Origin: Octopus sinensis
Lineage: Eukaryota
Length of the DNA stretch: 64,000 nt
Assembly: GCF_006345805.1 (NCBI RefSeq)
Contig: NC_043010.1
Coordinates: 30,690,001-30,754,000, forward strand
Reading direction: 5' to 3'
Shown: piece after piece, positions 12,442-24,567 of the stretch
Layout: the number at the start of each line of letters is the position of its first letter
Position numbering within the stretch: the first letter of the stretch is position 1
The notes under the pieces: model-generated
The model's input: the letters and a program-made list of their open reading frames with translations, nothing else
Told to the model about the DNA's origin: nothing
Database searches by the model: none
Translations under genes and position numbers: made by a program

Positions 12442-12836
12442 GTATAATCTATCTTGGCAAATTTCCTTTGTACATGCAACAATAATTCAGTTAGTGGACA
12501 CGTCCATTCTACGATGTCAGCTCTCTGAACATGTCTATTAAACAGTCTACAATTTTGATTCGCTAATTACGGAGCAGCCCGTTTCTATATTTGAATTAGA
12601 GGTATATTCTTTGATTTTTTTTTTGATATGCTGTCTGGACTTTAACTTTACAGCATATCACTTTTTTTTTACCTGTATTAAGTATAATATAACTTGAAGG
12701 TTTAAGAGATAAAATGTAACATATTGCTTAGTCTTATGAATATTACACATCTATACACGCTTTCTTTTATAATGGTAAGACAGAATGAAATCTCGTAATG
12801 AAACATTCGTTGATACCATAAAATTCATTTGTCTGT

Positions 12837-12907
<71 letters not shown>

Positions 12908-12913
<6 letters not shown>

Positions 12914-13180
12914 CGCGTGGCTTAGTCCATGAGATGTTGCACTCACGATCGCAAGATTGTAGCTTGGATTCCCAGACCGACGGTGCATTGTGTTCTTGGG
13001 CAAAACACTTCATTCCACGTTGCTGCAGTCCACTCATCTATAACTGGGTGACTCTACGATGGACTGAGGTTCCTTTCATGGTGATTGTTCGCCTACCCGT
13101 CTAACAAGCAGGATGACGTTGTTCGAAGCAATTGTGACAAGCGGTGTATAACAGCAGCCTGATACAGTGATACTTTGATA
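12908..13180 (+). mobile_element. SINE, ggaggcgcgtggcttag family
   Basis: Same head and core as 6851. Confidence 0.65.
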
Positions 13181-13535
13181 TAGACATGTATATATGCATG
13201 CATACATGTATGTATGTATGTATGTATGTATGTATGTATGTATGTATGTATGTATGTGTGTGTGTATATATGTGTGTATGTGTGTGTGTGTGTACGCGCG
13301 TGTGACAAACAGACAGACAAACAGATAAACAGAAAAAAGACAAAGAGGAGTTTTGTATATTAGTATCCAGTGAATAGTAAAACACAGAAAGCGTTCCCCC
13401 CCCCCCCAGGTACTGACAAATAGTTTAGCAAAACGTAAAATAAAATAAAATAAAATTGCCATTATTACAAAGATGCATAAGTATTAATCCAACTTTTTCG
13501 CTCAAATATCAAATATATCAATCAATATAACTTAC

Positions 13536-13586
13536 CAATACAGAGATCAACAAAATCTTCAGTGAACACAATCTATACAGCACCAT
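13536..13586 (-). CDS. Exon 1 (coding part): signal peptide MVLYRLCSLKILLISVL
   Basis: gaaATGg start, 17 mostly hydrophobic codons, donor ttg|gtaagt in phase 0 matching the microexon acceptor. Confidence 0.7.
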
Positions 13587-14196
13587 TTCTTTATAAAAGA
13601 CGTCCCTCTCTGACTTTGTTCACGTCTCAAGATTTTTCTGTATCTTTTGAAACAAAATTTTCTGTATTTCTGATTTTACTTCCCGTCAAAAAGCGACAAG
13701 TTCCAAATCTAATTTTACTGAATTTATCATATTTGTTGGTCTTTTTTGATGTGGTGAGATAGATTATTTTTCCTATATCTCTCTGACATTTAAAGTGCGA
13801 TGGACCTCACCTCTCTATCTGAAATCTATAGATTACGTGTTTTGCAGGGATCCTGTTTGACTGTTTGCATTCCCACCTTGTGACAGGCTGCAGTTGAACA
13901 TAAACAATATTTTCGTCTAATTTATATATTTTTTACGGTCCGCGAAACATCTAGATTAAAACGTTGTGACAACACTTAGAAGGTATTGAATGCAAACATG
14001 GAAACAATCGATCAAACACTAACGCTAGCTATACTCGATGGAATCGTACCCAATGATTGATAGGTATTTAAACTATACGGGGAAACAGTAGAAATTAAAC
14101 TACATCAGATAAAGAAATGCTAAATGAAACACACAGGACGTACATTCCAACGAGTATGTATGATGTACCTATGAGTACTGGGAATGATACATACAT

Positions 14197-14365
14197 GATG
14201 GCTGCCCCCTCGCTATCGAGTATGGCCATTGCACGAGGCTTAACTGTTATTGGTGCTGTGATCGAATGTGACTTTTTAGCCCAGCTAAAGATCTACAATG
14301 TCTTGTACAGAATTGGCAGCTAAAAATTTTACCGGCAATAGCCGGCTGTAGTTGCAAAGATATAT
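14197..14365 (-). mobile_element. 3' end of an RTE-like LINE
   Basis: C-terminal CQFCTRHCRSLAGLKSHIRSQH* followed by a short UTR and a (TATG)-type tail. Confidence 0.6.
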
Positions 14366-14814
14366 GAAGCCCAGTTAATACATACATGCATACATGCATG
14401 CATACATACATACATACATACATACATACATACATACATCATACATACATACATACCTACCTACCTACCTACCTACCTACCTACCAGTTTTTCCTCTCCA
14501 CATCACTGATGTTGACCAAGGAAAAGGCAAAACCTGATACAGCTTGGCACCAGTGACATCGCAACTCATTTCTACAGTTGATTGAACTAGGTGAACAGCA
14601 GTGACTACTCAAACGCTCGATGGTCTGGCTAAATCCAGCTGGCAGTGTATAAAATTTTAGCATAAAAATTTACGGCTGATTTAGCGAAATGCTAATGCAT
14701 ATATTAAAAATTAATATAAGCAGCTAGGCTCAATATAATGGTATAAAGGAAAGCATTTATCGTCACCAATTGTGACTGGCGGTGCCGAAGCACCTATATA
14801 TATATATTATATAT

Positions 14815-14886
<72 letters not shown>

Positions 14887-14989
14887 ATACATACATATAT
14901 GTACATACCTATATATATGTATGTATATATACATACATATATGTACATACCTACATATATATGTATATATATATACACACATATATGGG

Positions 14990-15323
14990 TACAGGACATC
15001 AAAAAAACGTTGAACACAATGAGAAACGAAAAAATAAAAACAAAAACATAGAAAACGAACTTTTTTTTGAACAATGAAAAAAACAGACAGAGAAACGAGA
15101 CATGCAACATAAAGAATATTCCCCTTCATCAGTTGTCCCTTTTTCGTTCGAAACGCGCAATAGATGAAACAGAGACAACTGATGAAGGGGAATATTCTTT
15201 ATGTTGTATGTCTGGTTTCTCGGTCTGTTTTTTTTTTTCGTTGTTCGAAAAAAAGTTCCTTTTCTGTTTTTGTTTTTATGTTTTCGTTTCTCATTGTGTT
15301 CAACGTTTCCCCGATGTCCTGTA
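14990..15323. repeat. ~155-bp-arm inverted repeat embedded in (TA)n
   Basis: tacaggacatc...cccttcatcagttgtc / gacaactgatgaaggg...gatgtcctgta. Confidence 0.85.
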
Positions 15324-15330
15324 TATATGC

Positions 15331-15397
<67 letters not shown>

Positions 15398-15441
15398 ATA
15401 TAATATATATATATATACATATATGTAGGTATGTACATATA

Positions 15442-15483
<42 letters not shown>

Positions 15484-16031
15484 TATATTATTTATAATAT
15501 TATATGATCGAAGCCACGCACCCGTTTCCAAGTAAGTATATATATATATATATATATATTGCGTTACTTTAAATGCGTATGGTCATGCAAAAGTCGATTG
15601 CATCGAACGCAGTTACTATATCGTTTTGTTCGTTTTAACAGCTTGATAAATGGCGAAGCAAATTAATATTTCGACCAGGAAACTCTGTATAGTTGTATTT
15701 CACAGGGCGTTTTGAGGTTTTTATTATATCTTTACGCTTTTAACTGATCGAAGGCTTTGCTACTTGTTGAAAATCTTATCACTCAGTATTAGTACATACA
15801 CACAAACACACACACACACACATTTATATATATATATATATTATATATATATATATTATATATATATATATATATCAGGCAAAATTCGATTGCATCGAAC
15901 GTAGTGACCAAACCGACTTGTTTGTGTTTTTTAGCAGCTTGATAAACTATCAAGCTTTTAAATTAATGTTTCGACCAGGAAACACTAAGTAGCTGTATTT
16001 CACAAGTTTGTGTATGTGTGTGTGTTTATTA

Positions 16032-17570
16032 CTAGCCTAAGTACCCGGCGTTGCTCGGAAGTTTAAAGAATGTTAAAGGAAATATATATATTTATTCTGA
16101 TAAAAAAAAAATATTTTCAGAAAAAGTCTATCAGATGACGTGAGTATAAAGAAAGTTATTAAAACAAATCCTAAAATCAACCACAGTCTAATTTTGTAGA
16201 ATTTCTAAATATACAATGTTTTCAGTGTGTCCTTTAATTGGGGTACAAATAAAAAGACTTTTTGGAACTTCCAACTCGCGAATATCTTACATATAATTAC
16301 CCATAAGAGAAGCAAGGTGAAGCAAGGTTTAGGTCCAACAACCTTGAGAGATTATCCTTGAGATTTGTTTATCGACATAGCAAAACTTAGTTTCACTAGG
16401 AACTGGAGCCGCTTAAATTCAAAGGGGAGGTCAGATGGGATTAATGGGATCCGTGAAATGAAGACATCCTCACCATTATATTTCCCAGTGATAATTGCTG
16501 CTTCTATGACATAGGGTTGCATCGCTTTCACCGCCAGTCTGGTGCCGTTGCACCAGCAAGGTGGATCCAGATTCCTGAGCAGCATGACTGGGGCCCCATT
16601 TTTAAGTGGTATGTTGTATGGTGGCATCCCTGATGGCTGTAGAGAGTTCAGGAACTCAGTTGAAAAGACTGCAGCTTGGTCGTGATCAACGACAGTGTCG
16701 ATGGATTTGAAAGACAGTTCTTGTCCTGGTAATAGCCACAAGAGATCCCAATTGATTTTGTCGACAGCATCATTACGTGGAGCGAAGATGGCTCACTCAC
16801 ATAGCCATTGACTGTTGCCAAAGTTTTGTGCAATGTTTGGAAACACATGAATTTTGAGATCCTTGACAGTTGGTACCGTCTCACCACAGGGTAGCTTGTA
16901 TTGCTGCTGCAATTCTCCATATAAATGATAGCAAAGTGTGTATCAAATGAAATTAAAATCTTGGTTCAGTGACAGATCGATCGAATTAGTAAAGTTTTAA
17001 AGTGAAAAAACAAAACCGACGTATACGACAGGTATGTAAAACATATTTCAGTTTACTTTCTGTGTTCATTCGCACACAGAACTCAGAAAATTTACAGATA
17101 TTTAGCTGCTATTTTTAGCAGTTCATTTTCAGTTTTAGACAACGGGATGGGGTGGCATGGGGTGTGTGAATCAATTTTGGAGTTCTTCATAGGAAATTCG
17201 AAATAAAAATGTTTTCCCATATTCTTAACCTCCGTATTTTTCCACGTAGATTGAAAAAAAAATTGAAAAAAAGTTTAAAATTTTTAATTTGTGGGGGTGG
17301 GAATTTAAGTTTCGAAAACATGGATTTTTTGCATATTGGGAATCTCCGTCATCGAAAACATAGGAATCCGCTGAACAAAAAAAATCGGAAGAGTTGTATG
17401 GGCGGCGGGGCTACAGTCCCCTATATGGGCAAGGGCCAAAATTTGACCCACCCTAGAACCTTCCCCAAGTAATGAAAAACCTTCATGCCAAATTTGGTAC
17501 AGATTGATCCAGCGGTTTGGCCGTGCATAGAACACACACACACACACACAGTGAATTTTATAAATATAGA
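16032..17570 (-). mobile_element. Internally deleted Helitron with both termini
   Basis: 5' a|TCtatatttataaa, 3' ccgagcaacgccggg...gCTAG|t, inserted between A and T. Confidence 0.8.
16230..16920 (-). pseudogene. Helitron PIF1-like helicase C-terminal remnant, frameshifted
   Basis: EFLNSLQPSGMPP...LKNGAPVMLLRNLDPP...CNGTRL...IPLIPSDLPFEFKRLQF...FAMSINKSQG. Confidence 0.9.
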
Positions 17571-17789
17571 TAACCGACCGAATGCTTTACTGCTTGTTGA
17601 AAATCCTATCACACAGTATAAGTGTGTATGTGTATATGTATGTGTGTGTCTGAGTCCGTGTCTGTGTGTGTGCGTCTATCTATGCGTGCGCGCGCGTGTA
17701 TATATATATATGTACATGTATATGTATGGATATACATACATACATGCATACATAAATACATACATACATACTTACATACATGAGTATTT

Positions 17790-18913
17790 ACAGCAGTGTA
17801 ATGAACCCGCATTCTGGTAGATTAATGTATTTCTATATACTCTGTCTACTATTGCAAAGCAGTACATGAACGACATTCAAAAAGTGAACAAAACCGAAAT
17901 AACAAAGAAAGTATTATCATGGGTTTTGAAGACAGAGAAAAAAATATCTGAATTACGGAGACCATCAACCATGTGGTGATGCTTATTGCGCGCAAAGAAG
18001 CGAATCACTATACGTCTCACCAACAAAAAGTGAAGAAGGAGATAGAAGTGATGTTTGGAGGCAGCAAAAAGTGGACAGTTACTGATCACCCTTAAGCAGG
18101 GGTCAAAAGTTATCAGTGAGAAACTCTGAAAAGAGAAAAACAATAAACAAAGAATTTAACTGGAACTAGGCAGCAGTATACAAAGACATGAGAGGAGAAG
18201 CAGTGAACATTACAGGAGCTCCTTCACGAGAAGACATAGACTCAATTTTGGAGGAAAATCCTGAGTGAAGAGGAGTTTAACCAAGGTGTTCTGTGGTTGG
18301 AAAAAAATCGAAGAAGTTATTGTCCCTTCATTACACTCAAGAAATACAGCATTGATGGTGATATCCTTGTAACTGGGATCCAGAAACTTCAGGAATGAAA
18401 AGCACCTGAAAGAGATTTGATTGTTGGATATTGGTACAAGAAGCTAACTTTCTACCGATTATATCTAATTAATCTATACCAGCAAGTTCTCAATGGGAAC
18501 AGTAGCATACCACCCTGGTTAACTCTGGCAGAAACAAAACTCATCCCGAAATGCAGAATCACCCACATGGCAAAAGTCTATCGGTCAATTGCATGCCAGA
18601 ACTTAATGTATAAGATATGTACAACATGTTTAAACCTCTTCCTCTAAGACTATTGTGAAAGCAATAACTTCATCACAGCAGAACAAGCAGCTGGGAAGAA
18701 GGGAGTCTGGGGATGTGCTGAATAACTGTTAATCAACAAAACTGTGATGTCAGAGGTGCGGCAGCATAGAAGAAATCTAGTTTCAATGTGGCTAGACTAC
18801 AAATAAGCTTTTGACTCTGTACCCCACTCATGGATGCTAGAAGCCCTTCAACTTGCTAAAGTTCCGGTGAGCATAATCAAAGCCATAGTTGACATGACTT
18901 CATCGTGGATCAC

Positions 18914-18914
<1 letters not shown>
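17790..18914 (+). mobile_element. Degraded R4/Dong-like non-LTR RT fragment, cut off by (TA)n
   Basis: GYWYKKL...TKLIPK...YRSIACQNLMYK...EQAAGKKGVWGC...WLDYK*AFDSVPHSW, with stops. Confidence 0.75.
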
Positions 18915-18988
<74 letters not shown>

Positions 18989-19213
18989 TATATATGGAGA
19001 AAGTAAGAAGAAAAAAGCGAAAATGCACATTGGATATAAAAAATAAAGATTTTTTTAATGAAAAGTAGTAGTAAATATAAACAATTAGATGAACTGAGGT
19101 AGAATTAAGAAGAATAAAAGCCAGCATTTTGAATTGTTAAAGGGATTCAAAGTCATACCGGTTTCGTCAATTGCTGTTGACGGACTTCTTTCAGTTTCCG
19201 TCTACCACTCTAC

Positions 19214-20301
19214 TGTTACGGAGGTAAATTAACAGGAGAACATTGTACCCTAGTTCCGTTGGTTGGAGTTGAACTGGCGCTCCAGTTGTTCGGGACGACG
19301 AAAAAAAATCTCCTTTGTCCTGTCAACGGCCACGGTAAATAATGATTTTAGGAACTGATCTCTGATCCCTACACGGTCAAGGAAAGTTGATAAAAAAATA
19401 AAAATGTCACCCATTAAAAAGGTGACGGGCGTTGGTGTTAGGGGGTCAGTTGGCAAGAGGCGGTAGTCGTGAGAGACGGTCAGTCGATGCGGACAGCCAG
19501 CCAAGAGATGATAATGGCGAAGCGAGAAAGACAGGCAGGGAGTTAGAGATGAAGACGGCGAGAGACAGATAGAGGCAGTAAAGAAGATGACAGTGAAGGG
19601 ACAGAGAGAGACACGTGAAGAAGCCGGACTGATATAGTGGGGTTTTGTTTTAAGTGTTGTGGAGAGGTATATGTGCCGGTAATGTTAATTTACGTTTTGA
19701 TTTGTGTTTTGAACTTTGATGTTTTAAATGTAAAAAAAAGGAGACTCTGTGACATAATCTGTTGAAAAGAAAAGGAAAAAAGAGAACTTGTAAATGTAAA
19801 AAAAGAAAAAGAACTGTTAGATGTGTTTCTAAAAGAAAAAGAACATTGTGTTAGAAGGAGAGATTGAAAAGAAAAGAAAGAGGAGAAAAGAAAAGAGAAA
19901 GACTATTTGTTTTGAAGGATCGAACTCTGAATTTTAACTGATTGTTGTTGGGCGTTGTATTTTGCTAAATGCCATTGATTGTTCTTTTTTTAAAACTCTG
20001 TGTACGATCTGTTAAATGTTTGTTAACCTTGTGTTGTAGTTAAATGCTTTTGCTTTGAAATGTTTTGATTGATTTTGTGAAGTTATAAAAATTGTTAAAT
20101 TACGTTGCCTCCGCTGTCTCTCTCCTTTGTTGTTGTTGTCTCGGTTTCTGGCTCTGGCTTGCGTTCGCCGCTGTCCACCCTCGCTTTCTGTGGTGGACTT
20201 CCGTTTGACTGAGCGTGATCGTCGTCGCGACTTGGGGCCCGTTATAGACCCGGAAGGCCTAGGGTCGTAGGGTCCTGAGTTGAGTGAGCGGCGGCGTAAC
20301 A
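19214..20301. mobile_element. Solo LTR (Gypsy-like) inserted into a SINE
   Basis: TGTTACG...CGTAACA termini, 4-bp TSD CTAC; related copy at 50751-51705. Confidence 0.75.
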
Positions 20302-20741
20302 CTACTATAGCCCCGGGCTTTGGTCGGCCGGGAGCAGTAATAGTAGACACTTGTCCAAGTTTCCATACATGTGTGATTGAACTCAGAAACGTGAACAGGA
20401 AGCACTTCTTACCACACACCTACATCTGCGCCTTCAAAATTGCCCCACTTCAAAATTGCAGGCCTTATGTCAAAAATGAAAATGAGAATTATTATAAGCA
20501 ATTTTTCGGCGTACTACCTAATTATTATATTTTCTTTAATTTTAAAACAAACCTGATATCGAATAAACCATACGCATTTACTAGGTTATACTCTACTTTA
20601 CTTGAAAAAAAAAGGAGAAAAGAAACCAAATTAAATGAGATGGTCTAGGCAGGGTTGCATTTGACAGTAGGTTATCTAGGGTTAACATCTCTTTTCATGC
20701 TTGTGTTATTTCTATCTCAACTGAAACAAAACACATTTGCC

Positions 20742-20789
<48 letters not shown>

Positions 20790-21259
20790 TCGCGTCAGTC
20801 ACTAATCTTCAAACACACACGTTTCTCTGTTTTGACATGTTTATGATAGAACTTACTAATCAATAATACTCGTTCGTATCTAATAAATACAGCTAATTAC
20901 AGATACTGTTTCGTATTTTCAATTCTTTTGTATCATAAATTGAATGTTAGTGTTTGAGTATATGTTTATTAGATATAATTTAGATTATAAAGGTTGTTAG
21001 TATTTCTTAGGAAGTTAATGTCTATAACAAAAAATATTAAAGTATCACCTATCAGTGGTCAATTTGTTAAGTATGAAAGGTGTTCATACTTTTGTAATTT
21101 TTCTTGTTCTGGATCATTCGTAAAAAAATTTATAGTATTTCTTAAAGGTTTGCAGCAAGAGTTAGGAATAGGCGCAAGCATGTTTGTGTAGTTAAGAAGT
21201 AAGTTCCCGGATTCGATCCCACTGCGGGACACTGTATTATCTAATGTTGACTAATACCT

Positions 21260-21490
21260 ATTTCTTTACTGCCCACAAGGGGCTACACACAGAGGGGACA
21301 AACAAGGACAGACAAACGGATTAAGTCGATTATATCGACCCCAGTGCGTAACTGCTACTTATTTAATCGACCCCAAAAGGATGAAAGGCAAAGTCGACCT
21401 CGGCGGAATTTGAACTCAGAACGTGGCGGCAGACGAAATACGGCTACGTATTTCGCCCGGCGTGCTAATGTTTCTGCCAGCTCACCGCCT
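21260..21490 (-). mobile_element. Young Nin/Deu-like SINE nested in a Ceph-like SINE (21170-21530)
   Basis: Exact 18-bp TSD taatgttgactaatacct at 21242 and 21491. Confidence 0.85.
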
Positions 21491-21596
21491 TAATGTTGAC
21501 TAATACCTTGTGAGTGAAAGCCTGCCGTATATGCATGTATTATGTATATACGCTGTGTTTATAGTACAGAGATATGTCAGGGTAACGCCTTCGTAT

Positions 21597-23682
21597 GTAT
21601 ATACAAGTGACTAAAAATTCTAAAGCATGTCATGCGACTAAAAACATAAATAAAATATCAACCAACTAAAATTTTTTTTTTAATTTTTACCTCCCTCAAT
21701 TAAAAATATGTTTAAAAAGTTCATTTTATAAAAAAACATGGTAGGTTGGAATCCAGGAGTGTAAGAGAGTTCCACAAAATTAAGTCAAACAGATCTATGG
21801 CCATTTCAGAAGTTCACTGCTGCAATTTGATTATGAGTTTAGGTGCATCTCGGTAATAACCCCCTCATCAGGATGAACAGGAATCTCAACAATTAGTCAT
21901 TCACAGGAGTTACAAACCAGCTGCATACCTAATTTACGATAATAATCTATCGCATAAAAAAAAAATTATTTCATTGCCAAACATGTAGGTGGCTGCTAAT
22001 CATAGGAATTTTACTATACTGTTTCAAAACCCAATAAAACTAAATACTATTTACCACAACTAGTTTTACTTTTATATACTTTCGGAAAAGTAGAAGAAAA
22101 CTAATGGTTGCAAAAAGGGATCACCACTGTAAACTTATTTAATGTTTTAGGCCCAAAGGACCTAAGGATGGCAAGAGATTCCCTTATACACAACTTACAC
22201 TTGTTAATATTAACTCTAAAGTAAGGGGCCCTCAAGATAACAGATCATTCAAGAGAGTAACTTCTTTTATTCTTCTTTAAATCATGTATATAAGAGAGAA
22301 GTGTAGTGGAGTTACAATATTTTTCATTCGAAAACAATTTCATGTGGGCCCTATATCTCGCCTTAAAATCGACAATATTGCCTATGTAAAACCTATCCAA
22401 ATTACCCTCCTCTTTAACAACGAACGCATTTATATATAGCATTAGCAGTCAGACAGAATCGATCAAGGGGACATAACCTAGGGTTTCTAAAATTACAAGA
22501 TTTACCAGAACCACCAATATCCTTCTTACTAATACTAACATTAGTTATCTGGCTTCCAGCGTTCCTCCCTTCAGCTATATCATTACAGGTGGTTGATAAG
22601 GCCGGTGGAAGTAAATGGCTTGTAACACCAACCTTAGGCTTATTAGAGCTTACCTACCCAATACCAGAGTTTCTAGCAGAGGAATACTTCCAGTGCACTT
22701 GCCCATTTAATTTGCTTCTACTAATAGATGCAATAATGGAGGCCAAATTCGGCATTACCGAATAACAAAATTTGATGGAGGATTTATTGCAGATGCTGTA
22801 GTATTTCTGATTCTTTGGGAAATTCTCCTTCAAAATCTTAAAAAACAACTTGGGCAAATTACTTACTCACAAAGAAAAAGGGAGTGCAAACCAGATGATT
22901 TCCCGTATTCTAGAATGTGAGCTCTTGGTTTTACTCATCTCCTCACTGCCACTATTTCGCTTCCAGTACATATTCCTAACATCTTTATATACGTAACTAA
23001 CTGATGGCTTACATTGGTTGCAATCAGATAATGCATGGCATTTCACTTGATTTTCTGCGACATGGTCAGGTGGTAGACCAGCCATCTTGTTCTTAAATCT
23101 TGTGTTAGATATATAGAAGATTTTTTGTTTTAAAGCTGCTTAATTTTACAGTGTTGTTGTATACTGGTGCATGTTGATCAAAAATGTCTTCATTTGCAGA
23201 CAAGTTAAAGATTCTGATCGAGATAGCACTAACGGTGCTATCAATAGTAGATTTTGGATGATTGGAGGAGACATTGATATATGAGATAGATTTATTTGGC
23301 TTACAAAATCGGTAGTATAAACCCGTATCCAGATTCAAAGTAACATCCGAGAAGTTCACCACTCTGGAGTTAACATCAAAAATAATATTAAGATTAAAGA
23401 AATCCTTTAAGAAACCTCTCAGGGATTTCTTCAATCTATTCAATGTAGCTTTAGACTGGTCACATACAGCTAGAAGCACATCATCTCTATATAACCCCCA
23501 CCCCAGTAAGGAGGGGAAAACTATCCCTAATCTGCGAAAGGAGGTATAAGCCCACTAAATCGGTCACCTGTGTTGAATCCAATGACCCCATAATAATATC
23601 AAAAAAATTTTTTTTCAGTCGATTGATATTTTATGTTTTTAGTCACTTGACACGCTTTAGAATTTTTAGTCGATTGTATATA
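21597..23682 (-). mobile_element. 5'-truncated Penelope-like element (Naiad-type RT + GIY-YIG), pseudogenised, with inverted 5' terminus
   Basis: GLYRDD, F(S)DVTLNL, YINVSSNHP, IIWFALPFS, CN(F)RNPRLCPLDRFC, FYIG...FKARYRAH...NSTTL, CKLC; 23601-23682 is an inverted copy of 21597-21680. Confidence 0.85.
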
Positions 23683-24029
23683 CCTTCTTGATAGGCCATT
23701 CTATATATTTATATTTTTATTTGCATACATATATTTTTACCCTCTGTGTTTTTTTTATATATGTATTCTTTTTATATATTAAGGGCCAGGGTAATATTTA
23801 TATATGATCAAATGTATCAAAGCGTGGTGTGATATAAAGTTGTTGACTCGAATTTGATGTTTGTTCTCTAATCAATGTTTTTCATTTTTGTCTCAATCTC
23901 ATTTAAGCACTTCTTTTTTGCGGTCTTAAAAACCCTTTTGTCTCCATAAAAAGACGCAAAAACTATTTCTTGTCATATATATATATAACAACAAAATTTT
24001 ATATCTTGGGCATCCACAAAGCCAAAGCC

Positions 24030-24567
24030 TTGTAGACAGCTCATCAGACTCTATATAAAAAGAAAAAGGTTTTAAAACATCTACGTCGTGGACGTAAGGA
24101 GATACTCGGAAAACAAGAAATACGTCTTAACAAAAGTACATTAATCAGGGCAGGTTATTTACCCTGAACCAAAAGAAAAAAACACAACTCTTATAGACCA
24201 AAATAGGCCTAACTAGCAAATGGGGAGATCTAATTTTCCAGTAAGCAGCGCTTGAAGTGGACACATTTAGAAAACACTTCTTTCCGACTATTTAACGAGC
24301 CAGTTTCATATAGTCCTTGAGAATTTTGGCTCTCTCCGTGATGCAGATCTTGCAACAGCCATTTCTATTAATATATGGGCCCGGATGATCAATTAATTTC
24401 CACCTGATATCATATGGGGTCCCTTGATCTCTGAGGTGCCACACATGGCGGGCCAGGGATGTGAAAAACTGTCTTTCTGGGACTCTGAGCTTCTCAGTAA
24501 ACCTGCTCCTAGCCAAAGCATCATTGTAGTGGGGGGCAGCCCCATTAAAGATCTCTCTATTGGCCAA
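24030..24567 (-). mobile_element. Internally deleted Penelope-like 3' fragment
   Basis: NREIFNGAAPHYNDAL joined directly to TSLARHVWHL...IRWKLID...CKICITER; tail reaches CUGAUGA near 24045. Confidence 0.7.
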
